A stretch of DNA of 64,000 bases from a virus (taxonomy: Duplodnaviria > Caudoviricetes). The notes beneath the pieces were generated by a model. That model was not told the DNA's origin and made no database searches. It saw nothing but the letters and a program-made list of their open reading frames with translations. A program made the position numbers and the translations under genes. The stretch is from IMG/VR virus record IMGVR_UViG_3300010885_013533, positions 1,748-65,747 of that record, one strand, 5' to 3'. Numbering within the stretch: position 1 is the first letter of the stretch; each line of letters begins with the position of its first letter. This document shows, piece after piece, positions 1 through 9,015 of this stretch.

Positions 1-126
1 TTTTTAATACTTGGGTGCTGGCGAAAGGGGACTATCTTCCTGGCATGAACCAGGAAGATAAACCAGATCTTGGTATACAGTGATCCGGACACACGTGGGG
101 TTCACTTGCATCACATTGAGCACAAG

Positions 127-567
127 TCAGTCACCCATATAAGGACCCATGTGCAGATGACCATCCACATCTTCCAGCACTGCAAAGGCTACTGCGCCTT
201 CTGATGGCTTGAGATCAAACTCTCGCACCCAGGTGATGCGTTCAATAGGGATTTCATATGTGCCATCACGATCCATACTGTATGCATCCACGCTCACATC
301 ACGCTTGCGGTTATAGTCATAATTGGTTGGGCAGTTATTGCTATCACTTGTGATCAGATAACGCTGGGTGCGTGACCAATTACCAGGCTTGACAGCAGCC
401 TGCATGAGCTGATCCAGCTCTTCCTGATCCTCAGGATATTCCGGCTCACCATAAATGCTCATGATCAGACTGGGATTGCGTGTGACAAAGTCCACAATAA
501 ACTTCTTGCATTGGTCAGTGGACACCTTGCTGGACACGGTAGGAGTCTTGAGTTGGCTACTACGCAT
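127..567 (-). CDS. hypothetical phage protein
   Basis: 146-aa ORF with AAGGA RBS and its own sigma70-like promoter; no recognisable motif. Confidence 0.7.
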   Translation of the reverse strand: MRSSQLKTPTVSSKVSTDQCKKFIVDFVTRNPSLIMSIYGEPEYPEDQEELDQLMQAAVKPGNWSRTQRYLITSDSNNCPTNYDYNRKRDVSVDAYSMDRDGTYEIPIERITWVREFDLKPSEGAVAFAVLEDVDGHLHMGPYMGD

Positions 568-594
568 ATGGATAATCCTTGTGCTTACTAGGGA

Positions 595-622
595 ATAGTA
601 ACATGATTTATCATATTGTCAA
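595..622 (-). promoter_or_regulatory. sigma70-like (early) promoter TTGACA-N16-TACTAT
   Basis: Minus strand reads gTTGACAatatgataaatcatgtTACTAT; same 16-nt spacing as six other promoters in the window. Confidence 0.65.
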
Positions 623-623
623 C

Positions 624-653
624 AAAAAAGGCAGCTGATTTCTCAGCTGCCTT
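624..653 (-). terminator. intrinsic terminator after dnaK
   Basis: Hairpin AAGGCAGCTGA-GAAA-TCAGCTGCCTT running into a U-tract on the minus strand. Confidence 0.8.
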
Positions 654-675
654 GTGTGAGATATCCATGTTAAGA

Positions 676-2504
676 TCAAGCAGCCTTATCTTGAACAGGT
701 GCCTCTTCTGTGGGCTTGTACAAGAATTCCCCAATCTTCATGCTCTTGTTCAGGAACTCTGTGGTGGCTGCCTGGATCGCCTGCACATCATCTGATGTGA
801 CACTTTCCTTTAGCTTGACCATAGCTTCTTGAACTTCTGTCTTGAGATCTTCAGGCAGCTTTTCATCATGTTCCTCAAGCTGCTTCTCAGTGCTTGCCAA
901 CATTTGATCGGCCTGGTTACGAGCTTCTGCAAGTGCCTTGCGTGCAGCATCTGCTTCTGCATTTGCCTCAGCAGATTTGATCATGTCTGCAATCTCTGCA
1001 TCAGTCAGTCCACCGTTAGCCTTGATGCTGATCTCCTGCTTCTTGTTGGTGGCCTGATCAGTTGCACTCACAGTCACAATTCCATTAGAATCGATATCAA
1101 AGCTTACAAGGATTTGTGGCACACCGCGTGGAGCAGGTGCAATACCAGTGAGTTCAAACTGACCCAAACTCTTGTTGTCTGCTGCCATTGGCCGCTCGCC
1201 CTGGAACACCTTGATTGTGACAGCAGGCTGATTGTTTTCAGCAGTGCTGAACACCTGTTCCTTGCGGGTGGGAATGGTGCTGTTCTTTTAATCAGACGAG
1301 TGAACACGCCGCCGAGAGTTTCAATTCCCAAACTGAGTGGTGTGACATCCAGCAGCAACACATCCTTCACATCGCCCTGCAACACACCTGCCTGCACAGC
1401 AGCACCCATGGCCACCACTTCATCAGGGTTAACACTGCGATTGGGCTCTTTGCCAAAGAAGTCCTTGATAGCCTGTTGTACCACAGGAATACGGGTGGTA
1501 CCACCCACCAAGATGACTTCCTCTACCTGACTGATATCCAGTTGTGCATCACGCAAAGCCACCTTGCAAGGCTCAATCAGACGTTTGACCAGATCATCAG
1601 TCATACGTTCAAATTGGCTGCGTGTGATGCGGGTCACCAAATGCTTGGGACCGGATGCATCTGCTGTAATGTAGGGCAGATTGATTTCTGTGTCCTGTGC
1701 ACTACTCAGTTCAATCTTGGCCTTTTCAGCAGCTTCCTTCACACGCTGCATGGCCATCTTGTCTGTGGTGAGGTCCATGTGTTCTGTTTTGCGGAATTCC
1801 GCCACAATGTGCTCCATGATGCGAGCATCAAAGTCTGAACCACCCAAGTGTGTGTCACCATTTGTGCTCAGCACTTCAAACACACCGTCTGCAATTTCCA
1901 GCACGCTCACATCATGCGTGCCTCCCCCTGCGTCCACGACAACCACTTTACCACCGTTACGCTTGTCTAAGCCATAGGCCAGAGCAGCAGCAGTGGGTTC
2001 GTTAATGATGCGCAGAACTTCCAGACCTGCAATTGTGCCTGCATCCTTGGTGGCTTGACGCTTACTGTCTGAGAAGTATGCAGGCACTGTGACAATAGCT
2101 TGTGTGACCTTCTTGCCCAGATATGCTTCAGCAGTGTTTTTCATTTTGATCAGCACTTGAGCTGAAATCTCTTGTGGGCTATATTTTTTACCAGCCACTT
2201 CCACCCATGCATCGCCATTGTCTGCGGCCACAATCTTGTAAGGACTGGATGCAACATCCTTTTGGATTACTTCATCGTCAAAACGTCTGCCAATCAGTCG
2301 CTTGGCTTCAAAAATGGTGTTAACAGGATTTGTTACCGCTTGGCGGCGGGCAGCTTGACCCACCAGTTGTTCGTCACCCTTGAATGCCACCACACTGGGC
2401 GTGGTGCGAGCACCTTCAGCATTCTCAAGCACTTTGGGTTGACCATTTTCCATGATGGCCACACATGAATTTGTAGTCCCAAGATCTATCGCAATGATAG
2501 TCAT
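676..2504 (-). CDS. dnaK: Hsp70 chaperone DnaK, split by a 1-nt frameshift near 1286-1289
   Basis: [50 protein letters not shown] in ORF 1104-2549; [20 protein letters not shown]…GVPQI continues in ORF 676-1254; AAGGAG RBS before ATG 2504. Confidence 0.95.
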
Positions 2505-2562
2505 AATATGTTCTCCTTTTAAAAGCAAGATGGATTTTTGATGGCCCATTAAGGCACCGTCT
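2505..2562 (-). promoter_or_regulatory. candidate ROSE-like RNA thermometer in dnaK 5' UTR
   Basis: UCUUGCUU-UUAA-AAGGAGA: UUGCU motif pairs over the SD with a bulged G; a second hairpin and TATAAATA (2567-2574) lie upstream. Confidence 0.55.
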
Positions 2563-2692
2563 ACAATATTTATATGGTTTACTGTTGTGCGTCAATGTGT
2601 TTCATAATAAATTGACAATTATTATCATCTATCATAGCGGCAACTTAGTGTTGTGGTCCCTGCTATGTGCCCATTGAACTCTGTGTTGTTGA

Positions 2693-3127
2693 CTAAGTCA
2701 ATGCTTCCCCTTGCCAAGCATTGCAGCAACCATGTGGATCCACATCTGGATCCAGATCAAACACCTCTGGCATCTTCTCACTCAACATTTTAAATAATGT
2801 ACAGGTGTGACCATCCAACCAATTGCAGTTTTCACATCTGACCTGACCCAAGTTATATCCTGCATTTTCAGGGGTCACTTTGTTCAGTATCTTTTGATCA
2901 TCATGTGGCTTACCTTGGATATACAGACCACAACTGGCATTGGCTACCACCTTGTCATGAGCACCAAACAATGAACATCGCTGTTTGCCAGGCATAAAAA
3001 AGGTGCAACTACCACATTGTGCAAACTGAGTTTTATCTCCTGAGGGAGGCAGATATAAGAAGGCAGCACGCACAATGGGCTGCTCTTTTTGTTGTGATTG
3101 TTCTATCAGATTGATTAAATCGCGCAT
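2693..3127 (-). CDS. Cys-rich protein with two HiPIP-like 4-Cys motifs
   Basis: CGSC…CSLF…CGLY and CENC…CTLF…GCCNAW; TATAAATA immediately upstream. Confidence 0.55.
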   Translation of the reverse strand: MRDLINLIEQSQQKEQPIVRAAFLYLPPSGDKTQFAQCGSCTFFMPGKQRCSLFGAHDKVVANASCGLYIQGKPHDDQKILNKVTPENAGYNLGQVRCENCNWLDGHTCTLFKMLSEKMPEVFDLDPDVDPHGCCNAWQGEALT

Positions 3128-3139
3128 GTGATATTTATA

Positions 3140-3964
3140 CTAGATGATAACCTCAATTTCCACAGGATGCCAACTTGGGTTTTCACGAGGATAGCCTCTG
3201 GCATTGTTCACATATCTCACGCCCTGAATGTCCTGATCAAATCTAAAATGAGTATGCCCAAAGCACCAAGTTTTCACACTGTGGTTCACACAAGACTCCA
3301 GATCAGTATTCAAAAAACTACCATTAAGCAGATTCCATGTGCGATTGGTGGTCACCTTGACCAGGTCACGATGAGGAATATGATGCGAGACCACCACCTT
3401 AGGTAACTGGTTCCGGGAGACTGTCTGTCGCACATAATCAGCATCTGATAGTGCAGCTTCCATAACGCCTTTCCAGGCTGGTGTGGTGGACCAGTTTATA
3501 TATTGTGCATCACTCATATGATCCTGCCAAGCTTGAACTTGATCTTCAAAACGAAACCCCGAATCAGCATCAAAGTTGTGCCAGCCTGTGACGCCCACAA
3601 ACTGAACCCCGTCTACAACCACATGAGATCTATGCAGGAAGTGCACATCATGAGCCATACTCCATCTTGCATAATGATCATAAATTTCTGCCACATTGCG
3701 AGGATAAGGCCACTGCGCTTCCCATTCGCTATTATACGTTCTGGTCTGATGAAAGCCCAGGTTATACATGTCATGATTGCCTGCCACCCAGATCACTTTG
3801 GGGAACATGCTACGGAGATTTTTGATCCAGTGACTGGTTTCCATCACATCATTACTGATATCCCCTGCAACCACCATGGGGATCATGGGATCACACTGCT
3901 GTAGCACACTCCAATCCCACAGATTGCTGTCCACATGCACATCAGATATTAGGGTGAATCTCAT
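3140..3964 (-). CDS. calcineurin-like metallophosphoesterase
   Basis: SDVH, AGDI, GNHD, SHHIP, GHTH motifs. Confidence 0.9.
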   Translation of the reverse strand: MRFTLISDVHVDSNLWDWSVLQQCDPMIPMVVAGDISNDVMETSHWIKNLRSMFPKVIWVAGNHDMYNLGFHQTRTYNSEWEAQWPYPRNVAEIYDHYARWSMAHDVHFLHRSHVVVDGVQFVGVTGWHNFDADSGFRFEDQVQAWQDHMSDAQYINWSTTPAWKGVMEAALSDADYVRQTVSRNQLPKVVVSHHIPHRDLVKVTTNRTWNLLNGSFLNTDLESCVNHSVKTWCFGHTHFRFDQDIQGVRYVNNARGYPRENPSWHPVEIEVII

Positions 3965-4026
3965 AAAGGGTTCCAGTTATAGAATACAACTAGTAATATG
4001 GGTGGGAACACATGGTATGTCAATAC

Positions 4027-4635
4027 CTACCATCTGGCATTATCCTTATACCCTGCTCGGATCAGTTCTGCTGCCGCCTTGAGAGCTCCTGCTTTGCCTT
4101 GACCCAGATACTTGTGCATTATGTCTGCAACTGGTTGTGGTGCATCGTAGCCCAGCGACACAGATTGAGCAGTCAAACATCTCAACAAGGGTAGTTTGTG
4201 GCTGTAGGTTAAACTCAATTTTTTCACTCCATGTTCAGGCACACCTTGTAAACTGACTAATTTATTGTAATAACATAAAAAGTCACCCCCCACATGTGTG
4301 GGTGCATGAATAAGATTGGTAAGTTTGTTGGCAAACACATGGAAGTTGTTGCCCACATGTGTGGGAGCACCTTCTAAACTCTGCAGATTGTTATACTGGA
4401 CCCAGAAATCTCCGCGCACCCATTCAGGAGCCCCTAACAAAGATTCCAGACCACATTCTTCGCCAAAAAAGTGACCTGTCACCTTGCCAAATTTCACAGG
4501 CAGTTGAGGCAGGCTTTTCACCTTTACACCCACGCTGCCGGTCACATTCACTGTGCCTGTATCATCTATGTGGACCACACCGTCTGTCTCAAAATGCTTC
4601 CTGAATAGCTGCTTGATCTGTTTTGTATCTACCAT
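4027..4635 (-). CDS. LRR-like repeat protein, array member 9 (4 repeats)
   Basis: 21-aa GxFxCxxNxLxSLxGAPxxVG-type repeats; ends AAAELIRAGYKDNARW. Confidence 0.85.
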   Translation of the reverse strand: MVDTKQIKQLFRKHFETDGVVHIDDTGTVNVTGSVGVKVKSLPQLPVKFGKVTGHFFGEECGLESLLGAPEWVRGDFWVQYNNLQSLEGAPTHVGNNFHVFANKLTNLIHAPTHVGGDFLCYYNKLVSLQGVPEHGVKKLSLTYSHKLPLLRCLTAQSVSLGYDAPQPVADIMHKYLGQGKAGALKAAAELIRAGYKDNARW

Positions 4636-5171
4636 CTGGCGTTTTCCTTGTATCCTGCTTTGATCAATTCAGCTGCTGCTTTGAGGGCACCCATTTTGTC
4701 CTGACCCACATATTTGTCCATTATTTCTTTGACAGGATCAGGTGCATGACTAATTAGCACTCTATTATATATGACTAATCGCAACAAGGGTAAATGAGCA
4801 TTATATGTGCACCAAAATTCCTCTCCCACATGGTCAGGAGCACCTTCCAAGCTGCTAAGGGGACTATCAGTGCACCAAAAATGACTCCCCACGTATGTAG
4901 GAGCCCCTTTTAAGTTGATGAGTTTGTTATGTTCACATAAAAAATATCCACCCACACTGGTGGGGGATCCCACCAGTGTGGTGAGACTAGCACCATTGCA
5001 CCAAAAATTACCTGAAACTGTGCCAAATTGTATGGGCAACTGGCTGACTTTTTTCGTTAAATCCACAGCACCTTTTACATTCACTATGCCTTTAGATGAG
5101 ATTGTAACCTTGCCATAAACTTTGAAATTAGATTCCAGCAATGTTTTAATTTGTTCTTTATCTGTCACCAT
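4629..5171 (-). CDS. LRR-like repeat protein, array member 8 (3 repeats)
   Basis: Same repeat; ends AAAELIKAGYKENARW; 7-nt overlaps with neighbours. Confidence 0.85.
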   Translation of the reverse strand: MVTDKEQIKTLLESNFKVYGKVTISSKGIVNVKGAVDLTKKVSQLPIQFGTVSGNFWCNGASLTTLVGSPTSVGGYFLCEHNKLINLKGAPTYVGSHFWCTDSPLSSLEGAPDHVGEEFWCTYNAHLPLLRLVIYNRVLISHAPDPVKEIMDKYVGQDKMGALKAAAELIKAGYKENARW

Positions 5172-5842
5172 CTGGCATTGTCCTTGTATCCAGCTCGGAT
5201 CAATTCAGCTGCTGCTTTGAGGGCACCCACTTTACCTTCTCCTGCGTATTTGTCTAAGATGTGATTCACCTTGTCCCCTCCATCCCTAAGATACACACTG
5301 GGATACATGAGGGTTCTCAACACAGGTAAATGTGGGTTGTATGTGCATTTGAATTCTCTACCCACATGAGCAGGTGCTCCTTCCAAGCTGGTGAGATTTG
5401 GGCCATTCATCCATGAAAAAATCCCTCCCACATAATTGGGGGCGCCCTCCAAGCTGGTGAGTAATTCACCGCCCAGACCACCACCCCAAAAATTGCCCCC
5501 CACATGAGCAGGAGCACCCACCAAGCTCTCAAGTTTATTACCGCCGCATGAAAAACTACCTGCCACATGATCAGGAGCCCCTTGCAAAGTGGTTAGTGTG
5601 TTTTCCCAACAGGTAAAGTCTCCTCCCACACGACGGGGCGAACCTATTAAGGTGGTCAAAGATTTCTCATGGCACGCAAAAGCTTCTGACACATTACCAA
5701 ATTGCACAGGGAACTGTTTGACCTTCTTCTTTAGGAAGACTTGCCCCTTAACATCCACCACGCCATCAGGTTGTATGGTCACATTACCCAGTATAGTGAA
5801 GTACTTCTTGAGTAAGGCCTTAATTTCTTCGACATCTACCAT
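5165..5842 (-). CDS. LRR-like repeat protein, array member 7 (5 repeats)
   Basis: Same repeat; ends AAAELIRAGYKDNARW. Confidence 0.85.
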   Translation of the reverse strand: MVDVEEIKALLKKYFTILGNVTIQPDGVVDVKGQVFLKKKVKQFPVQFGNVSEAFACHEKSLTTLIGSPRRVGGDFTCWENTLTTLQGAPDHVAGSFSCGGNKLESLVGAPAHVGGNFWGGGLGGELLTSLEGAPNYVGGIFSWMNGPNLTSLEGAPAHVGREFKCTYNPHLPVLRTLMYPSVYLRDGGDKVNHILDKYAGEGKVGALKAAAELIRAGYKDNARW

Positions 5843-6438
5843 CTGGCGTTTTCCTTGTATCCAGCTCGGATCAATTCAGCTGCTGCCTTTATGGCCCCCA
5901 CTTTGCCCTGACCCACATAGGTGTCCATTATTTGTTTGGCTTGTGCAGGAGCATGGCCAATTGCCACATTATTATACATGCTCAATCGCAGCAAAGGAAG
6001 ATGTGCATTATAAGTGCAAAAAAACGTGCCACCCACATAAGCAGGTGCCCCTTGCAAGCTGGTGAGTTTATTGGTATTACACCAAAAATTACCCCCCACA
6101 TGATCAGGTGCACCTTCCAAAGTGCTCAGGTTATTTTCACTACAGTCAAAGTCGTAAAGCACATAACGAGGAGCGCCCTGCAAGCTGGTGAGTTGATTAT
6201 TATTGCAAATAAAACTTCCATCCACATGATCAGGTGATCCCACCAAGCTGGCGAGTGCATTAAAATTACAGTCAAAATCTCCGTGAACAATACCAAAAGA
6301 CACAGGCAGTTCACTTATTTGATTGGCTAAACCCACATCGCCATACACATTCACCACACCCTCATCTGTGATTTTGACGGAGCCAGTGATTTCAAAATGT
6401 TCTTTTAATAAAGCCTTAACTTGTTTTATGGTTACCAT
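5836..6438 (-). CDS. LRR-like repeat protein, array member 6 (4 repeats)
   Basis: Same repeat; ends AAAELIRAGYKENARW. Confidence 0.85.
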   Translation of the reverse strand: MVTIKQVKALLKEHFEITGSVKITDEGVVNVYGDVGLANQISELPVSFGIVHGDFDCNFNALASLVGSPDHVDGSFICNNNQLTSLQGAPRYVLYDFDCSENNLSTLEGAPDHVGGNFWCNTNKLTSLQGAPAYVGGTFFCTYNAHLPLLRLSMYNNVAIGHAPAQAKQIMDTYVGQGKVGAIKAAAELIRAGYKENARW

Positions 6439-7139
6439 CTGGCATTCGCCTTGTATCCTGCTCTCACCAATTCAGCAGCACACTTGAGTTGACCCGTCCT
6501 GCCTTGCTTGGTATATTTGTTCAATATTTGTTCAATGGGTAAAAGTGTCAATCTGTTGGGGAAATCATTAGTGGTCTCTAGTTCAATCTTTTCCACACTC
6601 AATAATCCCAGTAGTGGTAGTGTGGCACCATAACTTATCACCACAGTGCCTATGTGATCAGGTGTATATTTAAATGATTCCAAGGGATTGTCATGTGCAT
6701 AAAGTTGTTCACATGGAGGAGCATGAAACAGATCGGTGAGCATGTTGTGGCTGCAATTCAATATACCCACAGCGGGACAATGTGCCAAACTTGTGATGTT
6801 ATTATAGCTACAATCCAAATCATCATGCACTTTTGTGGGTGCATGAGCAAGACTGGTCAATAAGTTTTTGCTACAGTTGAAGTCTCCAATCACCTCTGTG
6901 GGTGCGCCTTCCAGTGTGTTCAATCGGCTCTTGGTGAGTATAAAACTGCCACCCACTATACCAAACTTAACGGGCAACATGCCATTTGGTGCAGGTTTAC
7001 GCATGTACAAATTATTATTGGGCACTTGAACGATGCCATCTGGCTGGATCAAAAATTCATAATCATTAAGGTGTTCTGTAGTCCAAATATCTGAAAAGTA
7101 GGTTTCGAACAATTGTTTTACTTGCTTTATATCTACCAT
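6432..7139 (-). CDS. LRR-like repeat protein, array member 5 (about 5 repeats, divergent)
   Basis: LxCSxNxLTSL repeats; ends CAAELVRAGYKANARW. Confidence 0.85.
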   Translation of the reverse strand: MVDIKQVKQLFETYFSDIWTTEHLNDYEFLIQPDGIVQVPNNNLYMRKPAPNGMLPVKFGIVGGSFILTKSRLNTLEGAPTEVIGDFNCSKNLLTSLAHAPTKVHDDLDCSYNNITSLAHCPAVGILNCSHNMLTDLFHAPPCEQLYAHDNPLESFKYTPDHIGTVVISYGATLPLLGLLSVEKIELETTNDFPNRLTLLPIEQILNKYTKQGRTGQLKCAAELVRAGYKANARW

Positions 7140-7804
7140 CTGGCGTTACCCTTGAATCCAGCCTTGATCATAGCCACAGCAGCTTTCAGTGCGCCTGCTT
7201 TGCCTTGACCTATATAAGTATCAAAGATTTCAGTCAACTTTTTATTTTCGCCATTCACATGAGGGTATCTCAAACTCACATGCAGCGTATGTTTGTGCTG
7301 TGTCAATTTGAGCAGAGGCAGATTTGGTGGTGCACTCATGGTCACATAGCTAGCGTTAAGGGGTATGCCATCCACACTTGTGAGGCCTGTGCCCATTTGT
7401 TCTGTACCTATAAAATGCCCTGAGAAATCTGTGGGTGCATGTTCAAAATTACTCAGTAAATTATAGGAACAATTGTATGTACCTCCTATACTGCTAGCAT
7501 TACCCACACTTTTTGGCCCACCCTCCAAACTGGTCAGGTAGTTGTTTTGGCATAAAAAGCTGCCCATCACAGTGTGAGGGGCATTGTGCAAGGATTCCAG
7601 TTCACATTCATGTGCCTCATAGGTGCCTGTGACCAAACCCATTTTGAAGGGTATGGTTTTTTTAAATTTGGGCTTGATGGAAAAAGCTTTCACATTCACT
7701 GCATGTGTTTCTTCGTCCACCCAAACTCGCATCAGTTGCACAGTGTGATAACTGGCATAAAACCACTCTGTTAGTTCTTTCTTCTCTGCTTCAGTTACGG
7801 CCAT
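7133..7804 (-). CDS. LRR-like repeat protein, array member 4 (subtype B)
   Basis: 4 repeats; ends AAVAMIKAGFKGNARW. Confidence 0.85.
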   Translation of the reverse strand: MAVTEAEKKELTEWFYASYHTVQLMRVWVDEETHAVNVKAFSIKPKFKKTIPFKMGLVTGTYEAHECELESLHNAPHTVMGSFLCQNNYLTSLEGGPKSVGNASSIGGTYNCSYNLLSNFEHAPTDFSGHFIGTEQMGTGLTSVDGIPLNASYVTMSAPPNLPLLKLTQHKHTLHVSLRYPHVNGENKKLTEIFDTYIGQGKAGALKAAVAMIKAGFKGNARW

Positions 7805-7810
7805 GATTGA

Positions 7811-8356
7811 TCACCATTTCGCATTATCTTTGTATCCTGCACGGATCAGTTCTGCTGCGGCTTTGATGGCGCCGGGTTTACCTTCTCCTGCGTATTTGTC
7901 GATTATTTTTTCCACTTGTTCGGGGGCCCACAAAATATTCACACTATCATACATGGTCAATCGTAACAGGGGTAGGTGGGCATCATATAAGCACAAAAAT
8001 AAATCCCCCACATGATCTGGTGCACCCTCCAAACTTGTGAGTTTGTTATGGGAGCATGCAAAACGACCCCCCACATGACGGGGAGCACCCACCAAATTTG
8101 GGAGATGGTTATCATAGCACATAAAATTGCCATCCACATGATCAGGTGCACCCTGTAAGCTGGTGAGTTCATTGTCGCTGCAATGAAAATCACCAGAAAC
8201 ATGGCCAAATTGCACCGGTAACTGTTTGATCCAAGTCTTTTTCTTTAATTTTACATCACCTTGCACATCCACCACGCCATTAGGCCGCATAGTCACCTGG
8301 CCCAGGACATCGAAGTATTGCTTAAGTAACGCCTTCACTTGTGATGTGTTCACCAT
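7811..8356 (-). CDS. LRR-like repeat protein, array member 3 (3 repeats)
   Basis: Same repeat; ends AAAELIRAGYKDNAKW. Confidence 0.85.
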   Translation of the reverse strand: MVNTSQVKALLKQYFDVLGQVTMRPNGVVDVQGDVKLKKKTWIKQLPVQFGHVSGDFHCSDNELTSLQGAPDHVDGNFMCYDNHLPNLVGAPRHVGGRFACSHNKLTSLEGAPDHVGDLFLCLYDAHLPLLRLTMYDSVNILWAPEQVEKIIDKYAGEGKPGAIKAAAELIRAGYKDNAKW

Positions 8357-9009
8357 TTCGCATTATCCTTATACCCAGCTCGGATCATTTCCACAGCACA
8401 CTTAATGGCACCTGGCTTGCCTGTTCCTGCATATTTTTCCAGGATTGCAGTCACAGGATGTTCCTTGCCTGACCCTGCATATCTCACCATGACTCGTTTT
8501 TGGTTTAACAGTTTTAACATGGGTAAGTGTGCATGATAGGTTATATCCACCTGCCTTGCCTCTGATGGTAAACCATCCACACTCATCAGTTCCTCATTCA
8601 TTTCATTGACAGCTATGAAGTACCCTGTGAACCGTTGTGGTGCACCTGTAAAGTTTATCAAATTGTTGTTGCTGCATGCGTATGTGCCTCCGCCCATTTC
8701 TGTCCTGCCCACATCTTGTGGTCCACCCTCTAAACTGGTCAACAAATTACCATAACAACCAAAGTTACCTGTGACTGTGTGTGGTGCATTTTTCAAACTT
8801 GTGAGATTTTTGAATGCACACATAAAATGCCCTTGTACAAGACCAAACTTGACAGGTATTTCACCCATGGTCATGAGAGTGATCATATGCGCCTTCACAC
8901 TCAGTTCATGTGTCACATCATCTATCCACACATCCTGTAGATCCTTGGTGCTGAAATTGCGATGAAATTTATCAATCAGTTGCGTTTTTTGTGTTTCAGT
9001 TAAGGCCAT
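8350..9009 (-). CDS. LRR-like repeat protein, array member 2 (subtype B)
   Basis: 4 repeats; ends CAVEMIRAGYKDNAKW. Confidence 0.85.
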   Translation of the reverse strand: MALTETQKTQLIDKFHRNFSTKDLQDVWIDDVTHELSVKAHMITLMTMGEIPVKFGLVQGHFMCAFKNLTSLKNAPHTVTGNFGCYGNLLTSLEGGPQDVGRTEMGGGTYACSNNNLINFTGAPQRFTGYFIAVNEMNEELMSVDGLPSEARQVDITYHAHLPMLKLLNQKRVMVRYAGSGKEHPVTAILEKYAGTGKPGAIKCAVEMIRAGYKDNAKW

Positions 9010-9015
9010 TTATCA

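Noticed and set aside
33-60. Perfect hairpin TATCTTCCTGG-N6-CCAGGAAGATA, and a similar one near 32579-32605
   Set aside because: Consistent with ordinary terminators or processing stems; no further evidence for an ncRNA or repeat family
829-2468. Plus-strand ORFs up to 233 aa opposite dnaK
   Set aside because: Antisense shadows of a conserved gene; no RBS or motifs
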